A DNA stretch of 62,955 nt, filler included, from Reclinomonas americana ATCC 50394 (taxonomy: Eukaryota), in NCBI GenBank assembly GCA_048213135.1. It is 4 parts of 2 records of this genome, joined end to end, with 100 filler letters (N's around TTAATTAATTAA, not from the genome) between each part and the next. Parts side by side here need not be neighbours in the genome. Positions count along the whole stretch, not along the records: positions 57,721 to 62,955 come from PS015188.1; 3 more parts are not named here. One strand, written 5' to 3'. Under the pieces are notes generated by a model. The model did no database searches, was not told the DNA's origin, and worked only from the letters and a program-made list of their open reading frames with translations. Shown here piece after piece: positions 60,928 to 62,955 of this stretch (its first letter is position 1; each line of letters opens with the position of its first letter). The translations under genes and the position numbers were made by a program.

Positions 60928-62955
60928 ATGAGTGAGCCGCGATTTGTGCTGGCACCAACTCGGCCACAGGTCAGTATTCATCACGGGCCGTTGCAAATCA
61001 TCACTCAATCACTCTCTCACTCACTCGCGCTCTCTCACTTTCCACACACACAGGCGCCAACAAACTCCGTGCTCCAAGCGGTTCCGGATGCCTCGGTGCT
61101 GCGCGTGGCTCGACACAAGCAGCAGCAGCAGCAGCAATCGTCACGATTACAGCCGTCACAGGCGCAATCAACCGCAGTGACAGCCGTGCGCCTGCCGTCG
61201 CCCACGGTGACAACGGCCGTCAGTGCTCCATCCATGGATGATCTGGTGATGAGTGCGGCGCCAGTGCCCATGGCCACACGAGTGCACAGCGACTCGACGG
61301 TTCCTCCGCAGCCTCCGTACCACCATCACCATCACCACAGTCATCATCATCACAAGTCTGCGTCGCAGCCACAGCAGCAGCCACAGCAACAGCAGCAGCA
61401 GCAGCACAAGGAGCATGTGCAGTCGACGCGGCGATTGGTGGCCAGCATGGCTGGTGTCTTCACGGCGGGCATGCAGGCGGCCACGGCTGTGAGTGGCAAC
61501 TCTGATTTCGTGGATGTCACTCGACCACGGAACATTGTGGCGGGCCTCGTGCAGCCACCGCCCCCGGCTTCGCTGGCGATGATTGCCGCCACGCGGTCGG
61601 AGTCGTCGCTGTTGGATCTGGCCAGTGCATGTACGCTTTCTTGACCGTATGTGTGGGGGTGGCGTGTAGACGAGTGACTCTGACTCTGTTTCCTTCTGCC
61701 TCTCTCTCTCTTTGTGTGTGTGCACAGCGCTGGCCGCTGCACCCAAGCAATCCGCGCGGCGACAGCGACAAGGACAAGCCAGTCATCGTCGCCAATTGCA
61801 CATTTCGCAGCGGACTCGTGTTCAGCGTGTGGTGAAGGGCCTGTTGCAGGCGACGGCACTGGGGGCGGCGAGTCACCGAGATGAGGAGTCGCTGGCGGGT
61901 GCCTTTGGTGGTGACGCGCTGGTGTCGGTCCCCTGGCAGCAGCAGCAACAGCAGCAGCTGTCGTACCGTAGCGGAGCGAAACGATCCGCCGCGGCCACGA
62001 CCACCACCGCCGACGACCCCGACGGCTTCTCCGATTCAGACGCGGCGGCAGACGGGCTCGCGACTGCGGAAGGAGGTGCGACTGCGCGCAGCAGCTCGAC
62101 ACCGCACACCCGCATGTCGGCTGCCGGCACCGCACCGCGTCGCACCAGCTCGGACTACGTGGTGCCCGACTCGGTAGTGACGGCGTCCATGACGGACAGT
62201 GATCGTCGAGTCGTCGCCGCCGCGGGACCGCCGTCGCTTCTCACCTTTCGGCAGTACCTCGCCACTCGTTTCCAAGAACCGCGTTTCCTGGCCGTGCGCT
62301 CCATGCAAACGCCACACGGCAGCGGCAGCGTGCTTGACCCGAGCAATCGTTCGCAATCGCCACAGCGGCAACCCGAATCACGCGTGCATTTTCCGCGTGT
62401 TGAAGGTGATTGTTATTGTTATTGTTGTCGTTGATGCCTGCGTACTGACTCGCAAGCCTATGTGCTCTTCCTTTCGTGCGCAGGTGCCTCTGCTGTGGAG
62501 ACTCTGGTGTCCGCGGAACCGATTCGTGCACCCGGCCACACCAGAACACGCCTGCTGGCACAACTCGAGTCGTCGCTGGCGATGCCACCGCCGCCACCGC
62601 CGTCATTGCAGACAGCAGTCGGCAGCGCAAGCAATGTGGCGCTGCCGGCACAATCGCTGTCGGCACGCAGTGTACCATCGCTGTCGAGTGCGCCGTCGAC
62701 AGCGCGCGACTCCACAGTCACACGGGAGAGCTCTGCCAGCAACACACACTCGATGCTCTCTCTTGGCGCACTTTCGCTTGGCGGTAGTTCTTCGACCACT
62801 GTCAGCTCGACAATGTCGCCGCTCGTGTTACCTGCGGCAGGCGACGAAGACGAACTGGTCACCATTGTGGTGGTGGCCAACAATGACGAGTTGAGCAGCG
62901 CCTTGTGTATCGATGGCGAAGCAAAATCGCCCGAGGTCCAAGAGGTACGTACATT
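60928..62955 (+). CDS. Low-complexity Gln/His/Ser-rich hypothetical protein (runs off the window end)
   Basis: ATG at 60928, GT-AG introns, long open exons with poly-Q and poly-H tracts. No domain recognised. Confidence 0.55.

Noticed and set aside
1-62955. Alternative genetic code or selenocysteine readthrough
   Set aside because: In the conserved genes I traced, in-frame stops fall inside introns, and TAA, TAG and TGA all serve as terminators.
1-62955. CRISPR arrays, rRNA, transposase or reverse transcriptase genes, repeated introner-type introns
   Set aside because: None seen. Introns resemble each other only within the WD40 array.

Overview
Eukaryotic draft-assembly sequence from a gene-dense, GC-rich, flagellated protist. 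It uses the standard genetic code and has many short (~60-80 nt) spliceosomal introns and (GA)n/(GT)n-rich non-coding DNA. The window is four scaffolds joined by artificial 100-nt linkers (44N-TTAATTAATTAA-44N at 22013-22112, 52871-52970, 57621-57720), with further N gaps inside them. About 30 genes can be supported by manual splicing. Recognisable ones are a TMC channel, a myristoylated EF-hand protein, B9D2, a tocopherol-cyclase-like secreted protein, SFR1/Mei5, hyccin/FAM126, DUF4326, a SET-domain protein, PMP3, an NF-YC-like histone fold, NIT1, (6-4) photolyase, tRNA-Ile(AAT), GRX5, a dynein-light-chain thioredoxin, RPP21, a RING-TRAF-TPR protein, an ankyrin-ADP-ribosylglycohydrolase, PLAC8 and an outer-arm gamma dynein heavy chain. 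The most unusual structure is a five-copy tandem array of WD40 genes (27.5-35.1 kb). Its copies are mosaics of one another, vary mainly at predicted binding-face positions and share a conserved C-terminal tail, making it a candidate diversifying recognition system. Other candidates are an intronless phage/bacterial-type DUF4326 gene, a DUF679/DMP-like membrane protein and a TMC plus EF-hand gene pair. All family calls come from motif recognition by eye, not database searches, and multi-exon coordinates are approximate.
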